From Bacteroidales bacterium (GTDB lineage Bacteria > Bacteroidota > Bacteroidia > Bacteroidales > VadinHA17): a stretch of 64,000 nt of DNA. Both the position numbers and the translations under genes were made by a program. Below the pieces are notes generated by a model. The model saw only the letters and a program-made list of their open reading frames with translations. It ran no database searches and had not been told where the DNA came from. The DNA is taken from NCBI GenBank assembly GCA_021738535.1, contig JAIPBU010000004.1, positions 36,573-100,572 of the forward strand, in the 5' to 3' direction. Positions within the stretch are counted from its first letter, which is position 1, and every line of letters begins with the position of its first letter. Below are positions 44,014 through 53,783 of the stretch, in pieces.

Positions 44014-46059
44014 ATGCAGAAAGGTAAGATTGGAGTTACTACAGAGAACATTTTTCCTATTATAAAGAAATTTCTCTATTCTGATCACGAAATATTCATA
44101 CGTGAGCTTATCTCTAACGCGGTTGATGCAACCCAGAAACTTAAAACACTTGCATCGGTTGGCGATTACAAGGAGGAACTTGGTGATACAACTGTAAGAG
44201 TATCTGTTGACAAGAAGAAAAAAACAGTAAGCGTATCGGATTATGGTATTGGAATGACAGCTGAGGAAGTTCAGAAGTACCTCAATGAAATAGCATTCTC
44301 GAGTGCAAACGAATTCCTCGACAAGTATAAGGAACAATCAAATGCCATAATTGGTCATTTTGGACTTGGTTTCTATTCATCTTTCATGGTATCCGATAAG
44401 GTTGAAGTTATCAGTAAATCATGGAAGAAAGATGAAAAGGCCGTTAAGTGGACATGCGACGGCAGCCCGGAATATACAATTGAAGATGCTGACAGAGACA
44501 GGGTAGGTACTGATGTGATTCTTCACCTTGATAAGGACTCAAAAGATTTCCTTGAAGAATCAAATATTGAAGAACTGCTGAAAAAATATTGCCGCTTCCT
44601 TCCGGTTGAAATAGCATTTGGTAAGGAGAAGGAGTGGAAGGATGATAAGTATGTTGATACGGATAAAGACAAGATAATCAATAATACAAAGCCGGCATGG
44701 ACTATCTCACCTGCAGAGCTGAAGGAAGAAGATTATAATGCTTTCTACCGTGAACTGTACCCGATGGGTGATGAACCGCTTTTTAATATTCATCTTAATG
44801 TTGATTATCCATTCAACCTGACAGGGATACTATATTTCCCGAGAATCAAAAACAATATTGAGATACAGAAAAATAAAATACAGCTTTATTGCAACCAGGT
44901 ATTTGTAACAGACAGTGTAGAGGGTATAGTGCCTGAATTCCTGACCCTCCTTCATGGTGTCATTGATTCTCCCGATATACCTCTTAACGTATCCCGCAGC
45001 TACCTGCAGAGTGATTCTAACGTTAAAAAGATTTCAAGTCACATTAATAAGAAAGTGGCAGACAGGCTCAATGAGATATTCAACGAGAACAGGGAAGACT
45101 TTGAAAAGAAGTGGGACGACCTGAAGCTGTTTATACAGTATGGAATGATCACGGAGGAAAAATTCTATGACAGGGCTGCTAAGTTTGCTCTCTTCAAGAA
45201 TACGGAAGGTAAATATTTTACCTATGATGAGTATGAAAAGATCATTAAGGATAACCAGACAGATAAGAATAAGACCCTGATTTATCTTTATGCCACAGAT
45301 AAAGAATCACAGTACAGTTATATAGATAAAGCCAGGGCAAAGGGCTATGATGTTCTCCTTATGGATGGTGAACTTGAGACACACCTGATAAATCACCTCG
45401 AAAGCAAGTTTAAAGACAGTCGTTTTGTTAGGGTGGATTCAGATGTTGTTGAGAAGCTGATCGAAAAAGATGAAAAGATTGAATCCGAGCTGGACCAGGA
45501 ACAGCAGGATATCATCAAGCTGATTTTTGAGAGCCAGCTTAAAGGACGTGATTCATTTATACCCGTAACTGAAGCAATGCAGAAGTCAGATTCTCCTGTA
45601 ATAATTACTCAGTCTGAGTTTATGAGGAGAATGAAAGATATGTCGAAACTGGGCGGTGGTATGAATTTCTACGGTGAGATGCCGGATTCATTCAACCTGA
45701 GTATTAATACGAACCATGAAATAATTGAAGACCTGGCAAAAGATGCCCAGAAAGAAATAGGTGAAGAGTTCAAGAAGCAAAATGAAACAATCTCTTCATT
45801 CGAAAAGGAGATAGGCGAGACAGAAAAGGCGCAGGAAGGGAAGAAAGATGAAGAAGTCAGCCAGGCTGAGAAAGATAAACTTGAAGCCCTGAGAAAGAAA
45901 AAAGACAATGCTGAGGCTAAGAAGAAAGAGATAGTAGGTAAATATGCCGACAAGAAGCCAGTTGTTCAACAGCTTATTGATCTTGCATTACTTGCAAACA
46001 ATATGCTCAAAGGTGAAAAACTAAGTACTTTCGTCAAGCGAAGCATTGAACTTCTCTAA
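44014..46059 (+). CDS. htpG: molecular chaperone HtpG (Hsp90)
   Basis: The FLRELISNAVDA and GxxGxG (HFGLGFYS) motifs of the GHKL ATPase domain, at 681 aa, with a charged C-terminal insertion. Confidence 0.95.
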   Translation: MQKGKIGVTTENIFPIIKKFLYSDHEIFIRELISNAVDATQKLKTLASVGDYKEELGDTTVRVSVDKKKKTVSVSDYGIGMTAEEVQKYLNEIAFSSANEFLDKYKEQSNAIIGHFGLGFYSSFMVSDKVEVISKSWKKDEKAVKWTCDGSPEYTIEDADRDRVGTDVILHLDKDSKDFLEESNIEELLKKYCRFLPVEIAFGKEKEWKDDKYVDTDKDKIINNTKPAWTISPAELKEEDYNAFYRELYPMGDEPLFNIHLNVDYPFNLTGILYFPRIKNNIEIQKNKIQLYCNQVFVTDSVEGIVPEFLTLLHGVIDSPDIPLNVSRSYLQSDSNVKKISSHINKKVADRLNEIFNENREDFEKKWDDLKLFIQYGMITEEKFYDRAAKFALFKNTEGKYFTYDEYEKIIKDNQTDKNKTLIYLYATDKESQYSYIDKARAKGYDVLLMDGELETHLINHLESKFKDSRFVRVDSDVVEKLIEKDEKIESELDQEQQDIIKLIFESQLKGRDSFIPVTEAMQKSDSPVIITQSEFMRRMKDMSKLGGGMNFYGEMPDSFNLSINTNHEIIEDLAKDAQKEIGEEFKKQNETISSFEKEIGETEKAQEGKKDEEVSQAEKDKLEALRKKKDNAEAKKKEIVGKYADKKPVVQQLIDLALLANNMLKGEKLSTFVKRSIELL

Positions 46060-46074
46060 ACAATATTCTATAAA

Positions 46075-46108
46075 GTTGAGAATGAGTGCCAATAAACTCA
46101 TTCTCAAC
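46075..46108. terminator. perfect 13-bp stem-loop between convergent genes (probable bidirectional terminator)
   Basis: GTTGAGAATGAGT-gccaataa-ACTCATTCTCAAC, verified base by base, 16 nt after the htpG stop. Confidence 0.7.
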
Positions 46109-46156
46109 TCATTCAAACTCATTCAAACTCATTCAAACTCATTCAAACTCATTCTG
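46096..46156 (+). repeat. 10-mer tandem repeat ACTCATTCAA (4 perfect units plus diverged flanking units)
   Basis: Perfect units start at 46107, 46117, 46127 and 46137. Diverged units lie at 46096 and 46147. The first unit doubles as the right arm of the hairpin. Confidence 0.9.
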
Positions 46157-46157
46157 A

Positions 46158-46688
46158 TCAGATCATCCTTGAAATTTCCTTCTTAAGAAATTCCAGGGCT
46201 ATTTTTGCAGGTTCCTCATCCATATCCATCACTGCTTCCAGGAGATTCTTTGAAAAATCTGCTCCGGTTGCAGTGGGGGGGATCTTTTCAGCTATTGTGT
46301 TTATCAGTTTTATTGTATTAGACCTTGCTATTTTTATTACCTCCCATGCCTGGGGCGATACATAAATCTGTTGTGCCAGGTTGTGGTCGTACTCAGATCG
46401 TATGGTAGATAACAATGCCGAATGAAGTGTCCTGGCATCCATTCCCTTCTTGTTTGTTCTCATGATCAGGGACTCAATGGATATTCGTTCCAGGAAAAGA
46501 GTTAAGCGTTCATATGCCTGGAGACGGACCGGGGTTATGGTTTTAGAACTCTCAAGTATTACCTCATGGCGTCTTTTTTCACGATCATTCTCAATGGTTT
46601 TTCTTATAAGGAGGTAAGCTGTTAATAATACCAGAAGAGCCGGGATGGTTACAAATAATATTTCTTTTACTATTTCCATTACACTCAT
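46158..46688 (-). CDS. hypothetical membrane-anchored protein
   Basis: 176 aa: one N-terminal TM (ILFVTIPALLVLLTAYLLI) followed by a helical soluble domain. Family not recognised. Confidence 0.5.
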   Translation of the reverse strand: MSVMEIVKEILFVTIPALLVLLTAYLLIRKTIENDREKRRHEVILESSKTITPVRLQAYERLTLFLERISIESLIMRTNKKGMDARTLHSALLSTIRSEYDHNLAQQIYVSPQAWEVIKIARSNTIKLINTIAEKIPPTATGADFSKNLLEAVMDMDEEPAKIALEFLKKEISRMI

Positions 46689-46707
46689 GGTTATAAAGTT
46701 ATTTATG

Positions 46708-46715
46708 CAAACCTA
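46708..46715 (-). promoter_or_regulatory. candidate -7 promoter box (TAGGTTTG on minus strand)
   Basis: Plus-strand CAAACCTA, 20 nt upstream of the start at 46688. Confidence 0.35.
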
Positions 46716-46754
46716 ATTAATTTTCAGGAAAAAAGTCTTATGCAATACATGATT

Positions 46755-46915
46755 TAGCCTTTGCCTTCCACCGCGTGGTCCAATCCCCGGGTGGTACCGG
46801 GGCTATTTCTATTCACCCCCTTCCGACTTCGCCCTGCGGGCTTCGTCGGACAAAGCCGGGGGTGTCAAGGTAGGGGTGTTAAGGTAATCCCATATATAAT
46901 GAACCTTAGCCCTTT
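46755..46915 (+). repeat. third copy (locus C) of the intergenic repeat family
   Basis: It contains one 32-nt-type unit, the identical 39-nt core (46782-46820) and the identical 19-mer (46873-46891). A 51-nt net insertion sits between CACCCCC and GGGGGTG. Only a vestigial hexamer is present (CCTTAGCC). Confidence 0.9.
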
Positions 46916-46982
46916 CCTGAAACATGCCCTGCAACATTGAGATTCTTCGCTTCGCACAGAATGACAATAGGCAAAAATTAAT

Positions 46983-46990
46983 TACATTTG
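46983..46990 (+). promoter_or_regulatory. candidate -7 promoter box TACATTTG
   Basis: Exact TAnnTTTG match, 27 nt upstream of ATG 47017 and inside the ORF-track N-terminal extension. Confidence 0.45.
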
Positions 46991-47016
46991 ATTTTTCACA
47001 AAAACAATCAACACCA

Positions 47017-48210
47017 ATGGAATACTTATCGGACAGGATTAAATCCTTATCAGTTTCCCAGACACTGGCTATGGCTCAAAAGAGCCGTGATATGAAGGAA
47101 AGCGGAATAGATGTTATTAATCTCAGCATAGGGGAACCTGATTTTAATACACCTGATGAAATAAAGGAAGCGGCAAAAAGAGCCATTGATGATAACTATA
47201 CCCACTATCCCCCGGTACCCGGATACCCGGATCTGCGTAAAGCCATATCAGAGAAGTTTAAAAGAGAGAACGGGCTTGATTATTCTCCTGAACAGGTTGT
47301 GGTTTCTGCAGGTGGTAAACATTCCATTATTAATGTTGTGCTGAGCCTTGTAAACCCAGGTGATGAGGTTATAATTATAGCTCCTTACTGGGTAAGTTAT
47401 TATGACCAGATAATCCTGGCAGGGGGTAAGCCTGTGGTTCTTAAAACCGGTATTGAAAATGATTTCAAACTTACAGCTCCTGAACTGGAAGAAGCAATAA
47501 CGGATCGTTCACGATTAATTATCTTTAATTCTCCTTCCAATCCTACAGGAATGGTTTATTCACGTTCTGAGATGGAAGCACTTGCAAGGGTAGTGGAGAA
47601 GAAAAAAGACCTCTTTTTGATTTCCGATGAGATATATGAACATATAACCTTTGAAGGCAAGCATGAAAGCATGGCTTCTTTTGATTTTATTTCTGACCGT
47701 GTCATTACACTTAATGGTGTATCGAAGGGATATGCGATGACAGGCTGGCGCATAGGGTATATAGGTGCTCCAATATGGCTTGCCAAAGCAGTGACTAAAT
47801 TGCAGGGACAATTTACTTCAGGTGTATCATCAATTTCACAGAGGGCAGCACTGGCAGCAATCCAGTCTGATGACGGTCCCAGGAAGGAGATGAGAGATGC
47901 GTTTTTAAAGCGCAGGGATCTTATTTGTGGCCTGCTGATGGAGATTGAAGGAATGAAGATAAGGGTTCCGCAGGGTGCATTTTATGTTTTTCCTGATGTC
48001 AGCAGCTTCTTTGGTAAGAGCGATGGAAGCAGAACCATTAATGATTCTACTGACCTGGCAATGTATATACTGGAAGAAGCCCACGTAGCTGTTGTAGGTG
48101 GTGCAGGTTTTGGTGCCCCGGATTGTTTAAGGCTGTCATATGCAACATCGGAGAATGAACTGATTGAGGCCTGCCAAAGGATAAAAGAAGCACTAGCCAG
48201 ACTAAAATAA
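47017..48210 (+). CDS. class I/II pyridoxal-phosphate aminotransferase (aspartate aminotransferase-like)
   Basis: The PLP-lysine motif NGVSKGYAMTGWRIGY and the NSPSNPTG motif. I prefer the start at MEYLSDRIKSL (47017), because the track start at 46924 reads through repeat sequence and the promoter box. Confidence 0.85.
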   Translation: MEYLSDRIKSLSVSQTLAMAQKSRDMKESGIDVINLSIGEPDFNTPDEIKEAAKRAIDDNYTHYPPVPGYPDLRKAISEKFKRENGLDYSPEQVVVSAGGKHSIINVVLSLVNPGDEVIIIAPYWVSYYDQIILAGGKPVVLKTGIENDFKLTAPELEEAITDRSRLIIFNSPSNPTGMVYSRSEMEALARVVEKKKDLFLISDEIYEHITFEGKHESMASFDFISDRVITLNGVSKGYAMTGWRIGYIGAPIWLAKAVTKLQGQFTSGVSSISQRAALAAIQSDDGPRKEMRDAFLKRRDLICGLLMEIEGMKIRVPQGAFYVFPDVSSFFGKSDGSRTINDSTDLAMYILEEAHVAVVGGAGFGAPDCLRLSYATSENELIEACQRIKEALARLK

Positions 48211-48219
48211 AATTTCAAA

Positions 48220-50037
48220 ATGAAAAAACTACTCTTTCTAATCACAGGCATTTTATTATGTAACATAGCTTTTTCTCAGAGCTGGGAACCTGCCGGTGAT
48301 AAGATCAAAACAAGATGGGCTGATGAAGTTAATCCTTCCAGCCCGTTGCCCGAATATCCCCGTCCACAGATGGTAAGAGGGGACTGGCTTAATCTCAACG
48401 GGCTGTGGGATTATGCAATTATTGACAGAGGAGCTAAAAAACCAGAACAGTACGATGGTAAAATCCTGGTGCCATTTGCTGTTGAATCAAGTCTCTCAGG
48501 TGTGCAAAAAACCGTTGGAGAAAAAAAGGAAGTATGGTATGAAAGATCATTCAGTATCCCACGGTCATGGAAGAACAGAAAGATAATTTTGAATTTTGGC
48601 GGAGTCGACTGGCTGACTGATGTATGGATCAATGGTGTGAAAGCAGTAAGTCATAAGGGAGGATATGATCCCTTCTCTTTTGATATCAGTCCTTTTATAA
48701 AGGAAGATGGTGAGCAACAATTGGTTGTAAGGGTATGGGACCCCACTGACAGAAGTTATCAGCCACGAGGTAAACAGGTTTCTAATCCGGGAGGTATCTG
48801 GTATACAGCAGTTACCGGTATATGGCAAACAGTCTGGATTGAGCCTGTAAACGAAAAGCATATTGAGAATATCCATAGCGTTCCGGATATTGATAATAAT
48901 AAAATCTCTGTAAAAGTAATTTCCGGTAAAGCTTCTGATAAAGACTATTTTGAGATAATAGCCAGTGAGGGAAACAGGAATATTGCCATAGCCAGGGCCA
49001 GGGCAGGTGAGATTGCTGAATTGCCCATTGAGAATGCCAGGCTTTGGAGCCCTGAATCTCCATTTCTCTATGATATGAAGGTTAAATTGATAAGTGATAA
49101 TGATGTTGTGGATGAAGTGGAAAGTTACTTTGCCATGAGGAGAATATCAACTTCAAGAGATGAGAACGGTATTATCAGAATGCAATTGAATAACAGGGAC
49201 TATTTTCAGTTTGGAACACTTGACCAGGGCTGGTGGCCTGATGGGCTGTACACTGCCCCCACCGACGAGGCACTTAAGTATGATATACTCAAAACAAAAG
49301 AGCTGGGCTTTAATATGATAAGAAAACATGTTAAGGTTGAACCGGCTCGCTGGTATACTCATTGCGACAGGATTGGTATCCTGGTATGGCAGGATATGCC
49401 TAATGGAGACCGCTCACCTGGCTGGCAGAGAGGAAGGTATTATTCCGGTGAAGAGCCTGACAGAAGTACTGAGTCAGCCAACAATTTCAGGAATGAATGG
49501 AAGAATATCATGAGTTTCCTTTACTCACATCCTTCAATTATCTGCTGGGTGCCCTTTAATGAATCGTGGGGACAGTTCAGAACAGCTGAGATAGCCGGGT
49601 GGACAAAATCATTCGATCCATCTCGTCTTGTTAACCCTGCCAGTGGTGGCAATTTCTTCCCGGTAGGGGATATCCTTGATGTGCATAATTACCCGGAGCC
49701 AAAATTATATCTCTTTGATGCAATGAGAGCAAATGTGCTGGGTGAATACGGAGGTATTGGTCTGGCCATTGACGGTCACCTCTGGAAACCTGACAGGAAC
49801 TGGGGATATGTGCAGTTTAAGAACTCCGGAGAAGTAACTGACCAGTACGTGGAGTATGCTGAGCAATTATTGAAACTAATCAAAGCCGGTTACTCGGGTG
49901 CCATTTATACCCAGACAACAGATGTTGAGATTGAGGTGAATGGACTAATGACTTATGATCGTGAAATAGTAAAGATGGAAGCGGATAGAGTACGGGAGAT
50001 TAACCTCAGGATTTGTAAGTCGCTGAGTGAAAAGTAA
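48220..50037 (+). CDS. glycoside hydrolase family 2 protein, secreted
   Basis: Signal peptide. The GH2 sugar-binding-domain pattern is present (WYERSFSIP...[18 protein letters not shown]) along with TIM-barrel motifs ([26 protein letters not shown]). Confidence 0.8.
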   Translation: MKKLLFLITGILLCNIAFSQSWEPAGDKIKTRWADEVNPSSPLPEYPRPQMVRGDWLNLNGLWDYAIIDRGAKKPEQYDGKILVPFAVESSLSGVQKTVGEKKEVWYERSFSIPRSWKNRKIILNFGGVDWLTDVWINGVKAVSHKGGYDPFSFDISPFIKEDGEQQLVVRVWDPTDRSYQPRGKQVSNPGGIWYTAVTGIWQTVWIEPVNEKHIENIHSVPDIDNNKISVKVISGKASDKDYFEIIASEGNRNIAIARARAGEIAELPIENARLWSPESPFLYDMKVKLISDNDVVDEVESYFAMRRISTSRDENGIIRMQLNNRDYFQFGTLDQGWWPDGLYTAPTDEALKYDILKTKELGFNMIRKHVKVEPARWYTHCDRIGILVWQDMPNGDRSPGWQRGRYYSGEEPDRSTESANNFRNEWKNIMSFLYSHPSIICWVPFNESWGQFRTAEIAGWTKSFDPSRLVNPASGGNFFPVGDILDVHNYPEPKLYLFDAMRANVLGEYGGIGLAIDGHLWKPDRNWGYVQFKNSGEVTDQYVEYAEQLLKLIKAGYSGAIYTQTTDVEIEVNGLMTYDREIVKMEADRVREINLRICKSLSEK

Positions 50038-50153
50038 ACAGTTTGAAAGAGTGAGAGAGTTTGAACAGGCATTCGCTTACTTCGACACTTCAGCTTCGCT
50101 CAGCACAGGCAAGCTCAACACAAGTCGCTCAGGATGACAGAGCAGGATGAAAG

Positions 50154-50708
50154 TCAGTATTTATTAAACGAAATAACTTCTCCCGGATCCTTACGCTTCT
50201 TCGCTCTGTGCGGTTTGGCAGGATAGCCGAGGGTAATTACCAGTTCCGCCCTTTTATTATCCGGTATTGCCAGGACTTTCTTGACTCTTTTTTCATCAAA
50301 CCAACCCAGCATACAGGTCCCCAGTCCTTCTGCAGCAGCCTGTAAACAGATATTCTCAGATGCAATACCAATATCTATTACCGAGTAATCTTTATTCTTT
50401 ATCGATCCGCCAACCTGGCTGATTACCTTGGGCTTTTCCCTCACAATCACAATGAACACCGGTACCTGGGAGGTGAATTTGTTAAAGCCCAGCTCTTTGG
50501 CTGATGAGGCTTTGGATATTTCTTCCCTGAGTGCAGGATCATTAACTACTATGAATTTCCAGGGCTGAGAGTTACATGCCGAAGGGGCCAGCCTCCCTGC
50601 CTCAAGTATCCTGTTTAGTTTTTCTTCTTCAACCTCCTTGTCGAGGTAAGCCCTGTCGCTCTGTCTTCTGCCTATTAGTGTCAGCATTTCCTTTCCTGAT
50701 ATCTCCAT
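50154..50708 (-). CDS. nitroreductase-family protein
   Basis: RRQSDRAY...APSACNSQPW motif, at 184 aa. Confidence 0.85.
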   Translation of the reverse strand: MEISGKEMLTLIGRRQSDRAYLDKEVEEEKLNRILEAGRLAPSACNSQPWKFIVVNDPALREEISKASSAKELGFNKFTSQVPVFIVIVREKPKVISQVGGSIKNKDYSVIDIGIASENICLQAAAEGLGTCMLGWFDEKRVKKVLAIPDNKRAELVITLGYPAKPHRAKKRKDPGEVISFNKY

Positions 50709-50963
50709 AGTCTTTGATGATTACTGAATGATAAAGATTTTATCTTTTTTATGAAACTCTGTTATACAATTATAACAATTCAAACCATGAAAAGTAATTT
50801 TTGACTACCAATTTGCACTTAAAATTGATTCTTTATATTCTTTTTGATTAAGTTGCATGATTAAAATGGGATTTATAATCGTGAAGAAAAAACAGCTCAG
50901 TCATGACGGGGAGATTGAGGCTGGTAAAATGAAAATCGGATAAATCATTCAAATAATATCAAT

Positions 50964-53777
50964 ATGAACAGATTAATCATTCCTGCACTCTTAATTATTA
51001 TTCTTTCTGCATGTACCAGGAGTACTGACCAACATGAATTATCCAGCCTTAGTACCATATCGGAGAATTTTATTAACCCTCCTGATGAAGCCCGACCGGG
51101 TGCTTTCTGGTGCTGGCTGAATGGAAATATGAGTAAGGAGTCTATTACCAGGGATCTCAGGGAAATGAGTGAAAAAGGACTGCGAAGGGCAGAAATATGG
51201 GATGTGGCCGCAGTTAATAACCCGGATAACTATATACCTGCCGGACCGTCCTTTTTAAGTGATGAATCTGTTGAACTCATAAAACATGCTCTGGATGAAG
51301 GAGAAAAATACGGTATCAGGATTGGTATGGTGGGGTCAAGTGGTTGGAATGCCGGTGGGGAGTGGGTTGAGCCTGACTGGGCATCCAAAGCCCTGTATCA
51401 TTCAGTATTAAAAGTCCGTGGACCCCACAGTGGTGTTATTGAACTGCCTGTTCCGGATGTACCGGAGCATGCACCCAGGGATAACTCCGGGAATCCTTTA
51501 TTTATGAAAGAGGTAGCAGTACTTGCAATTCCTTCCACTACGGACAGAAGGCTGGAATCAGTTGAATCTGCCCTGGATCTTTCTGACAGTCTTGTTGACG
51601 GAGTTCTTAATTGTGAACTACCTGACGGAGAGTGGGATATACTTCGGTTTGTCTGTTCCAATTCCGGGCAGAGACTAATAGTTCCCAGTCCCAATTCCTC
51701 AGGTTTGTTTATCGATTTTCTTGACCCGGATGCAACACGCAGGCATCTGAAACATATTATGGACAGGCTTGGATTTACTAAAAGTGACACTGCAGGAAAC
51801 AGTCTGGCCTATATTGAGTTTGACAGTATGGAGCTGGATGAAGGTACTGTATGGACAGACTCAATGCCTGGTATTTTCAGGGAGTTAAGAGGGTATGATA
51901 TTATCAAGTACCTGCCTGTTTTTGCAGGATGGAGTATAGGCGATGACACAGAAAGGTTACTTTATGACTGGAAGCTTACAGTTAGTGATCAACTTATTCA
52001 CAGTCATTATGAAAGCGGTCGCCGCTTCCTTGAATCATATGGTATTGATCTTGTTGCTGAAGCAGGAGGGCCCGGTCCTCCTATATGGAATACATGCCCT
52101 GTGGATGCACTTAAAGCCCTTGGGAATGTTACGATACCAAGGGGGGAATTCTGGATAAGACACAGGAATATGTTCCTGGTCAAAGAGGTTGCCAGTGCTT
52201 CTCATATTTACGGAAAGAAATTTGTTGATGCCGAATCATTCACAACCTGGAGAAGATGGAAAGATTCGCCATATGCCCTGAAGAAAGTAGTCGACAGGGC
52301 TTTTTGTGAAGGTCTTAACTATGTAACCATTCATACCTTCGCCAGTACAAACCCTGAAGACGGACTTCCCGGAAGAACATACCATGCAGGGGTAGATATC
52401 AATCCCGGGACAACATGGTGGGAAAAGTCGCCTCCTTTTATGGATTATCTCTCAAGATGCAGCTATGTGCTTCAGCAGGGATTATTTGTAGCAGACGTCT
52501 GTTATTTCTATGGCGATCAGGCCCCTAACTTTTTTCCACCGTATCATGATGTCCCTGTCAAACCCACTTTACCCTGTCTTGATAAGGGATATGATTTTGA
52601 TGTGGTTAATACGGATGTAATATTAAACAGGATGTCTGTAAAGGATGGCAGGATAACTCTTCCTGATGGAATGAGCTACCATGTTATGGTTTTACCCGAC
52701 CAGGTTCATATGCCTCTGGCTGTCCTTCAAAAGCTGGAAAAGATGGTGCGTGAGGGTGCCACGGTAATAGGTAAGAAACCGGAGTTTACGCCGGGGCTTT
52801 ATAATAATCCGGATGATACAGAAGAACTAAAGAGCCTGGCAGACGCCTTGTGGAATGGTCTTGATGGTGAAAACAATAAAGTTAATAATTATGGAAAAGG
52901 CAGGGTGATATATGGTTTAACTGCAACCCGGCTGCTTGAGAATGATGATATTCCCGGGGATTTCACTTATAGAGCTAATCCTGACCTGGATTTTATTCAC
53001 AGGCAATTAGCTGACGGTCATGCCTACTTCGTTAGGAATGGCTCTGATATTCACTATTCGGGCGAATGTATTTTCAGGCAAAACGATATGTTCCCTCAGA
53101 TATGGGATCCGTCTGATGGTGAACAGGTAAGTATTGAAAACTTCTCGGAGGAGGGTGGAAGGATAAGTATCCCAATAGACCTGGCTCCGGGAGGCTCCCT
53201 TTTCGTGATTTTCACCGAAAACAGGAGACCGGATATCAGAACAAGTAAATCACTGTCGGTAGTAAGACAGGAAGAAATATCAGGACCATGGAGCATATAT
53301 TTCCCTGAGGGATGGGGGGCTCCCGGGGAAGTATTATTTAACAATCTTATCTCATGGACTGACTCTGAGATAGACGGGGTTAAGTACTTCTCGGGAACAG
53401 CCTGCTATTCTAAAACACTTAATATCAATCCTGATCAGCTTAAAGAAGACAGGAGGATATTCATTGATCTTGGTAAAGTAAGAGATCTTGCTGAGGTGTT
53501 TATTGATGGTCAGAGTGCAGGAATACTCTGGAAAGAGCCATATAAGCTTGATATAACAGATTATATTGCCGGCGGTGAGAATGACCTTGATATTGAGATA
53601 ACCAATATGTGGGTTAACAGGCTGACAGGTGATATGCTTTCAGAGACAGGTGAAACATACTGCAGGACTAATCATCCTTATGTCAGAAATGACAATTGGG
53701 CCGGTGGTGGCGATGAGACCTACAGGATACAAGACTCTGGTTTGATGGGGCCGGTTAAAATAATCTATAAAGAATAA
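50964..53777 (+). CDS. large glycoside hydrolase, GH106-like (alpha-L-rhamnosidase family), lipoprotein
   Basis: Lipobox ILSAC. The N-terminal FINPPDEARPGAFWCWLNGNMSKESITRDLREM pattern and the C-terminal jelly-roll (GKVRDLAEVFIDGQSAG...NMWVNRL) match what I recall of PF17132/GH106 proteins. Confidence 0.55.
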   Translation: MNRLIIPALLIIILSACTRSTDQHELSSLSTISENFINPPDEARPGAFWCWLNGNMSKESITRDLREMSEKGLRRAEIWDVAAVNNPDNYIPAGPSFLSDESVELIKHALDEGEKYGIRIGMVGSSGWNAGGEWVEPDWASKALYHSVLKVRGPHSGVIELPVPDVPEHAPRDNSGNPLFMKEVAVLAIPSTTDRRLESVESALDLSDSLVDGVLNCELPDGEWDILRFVCSNSGQRLIVPSPNSSGLFIDFLDPDATRRHLKHIMDRLGFTKSDTAGNSLAYIEFDSMELDEGTVWTDSMPGIFRELRGYDIIKYLPVFAGWSIGDDTERLLYDWKLTVSDQLIHSHYESGRRFLESYGIDLVAEAGGPGPPIWNTCPVDALKALGNVTIPRGEFWIRHRNMFLVKEVASASHIYGKKFVDAESFTTWRRWKDSPYALKKVVDRAFCEGLNYVTIHTFASTNPEDGLPGRTYHAGVDINPGTTWWEKSPPFMDYLSRCSYVLQQGLFVADVCYFYGDQAPNFFPPYHDVPVKPTLPCLDKGYDFDVVNTDVILNRMSVKDGRITLPDGMSYHVMVLPDQVHMPLAVLQKLEKMVREGATVIGKKPEFTPGLYNNPDDTEELKSLADALWNGLDGENNKVNNYGKGRVIYGLTATRLLENDDIPGDFTYRANPDLDFIHRQLADGHAYFVRNGSDIHYSGECIFRQNDMFPQIWDPSDGEQVSIENFSEEGGRISIPIDLAPGGSLFVIFTENRRPDIRTSKSLSVVRQEEISGPWSIYFPEGWGAPGEVLFNNLISWTDSEIDGVKYFSGTACYSKTLNINPDQLKEDRRIFIDLGKVRDLAEVFIDGQSAGILWKEPYKLDITDYIAGGENDLDIEITNMWVNRLTGDMLSETGETYCRTNHPYVRNDNWAGGGDETYRIQDSGLMGPVKIIYKE

Positions 53778-53783
53778 GGTAAA

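Noticed and set aside
43939-44337. 132-aa minus-strand ORF overlapping the htpG start
   Set aside because: It is antisense to the conserved N-terminal ATPase domain of HtpG and to AT-rich promoter sequence. Cys/Phe/Ile/Leu-rich shadow composition.
46924-47016. N-terminal 31-aa extension of the aminotransferase (MPCNIEILRFAQNDNRQKLITFDFSQKQSTP)
   Set aside because: It reads through repeat sequence and contains a TAnnTTTG promoter box (46983-46990). The conserved aminotransferase sequence begins at MEYLSDRIKSL (47017).
50857-50943. 28-aa ORF (MIKMGFIIVKKKQLSHDGEIEAGKMKIG) upstream of the GH106-like gene
   Set aside because: It is short and lies in AT-rich promoter sequence. It has no recognisable features and I could not see a second copy.
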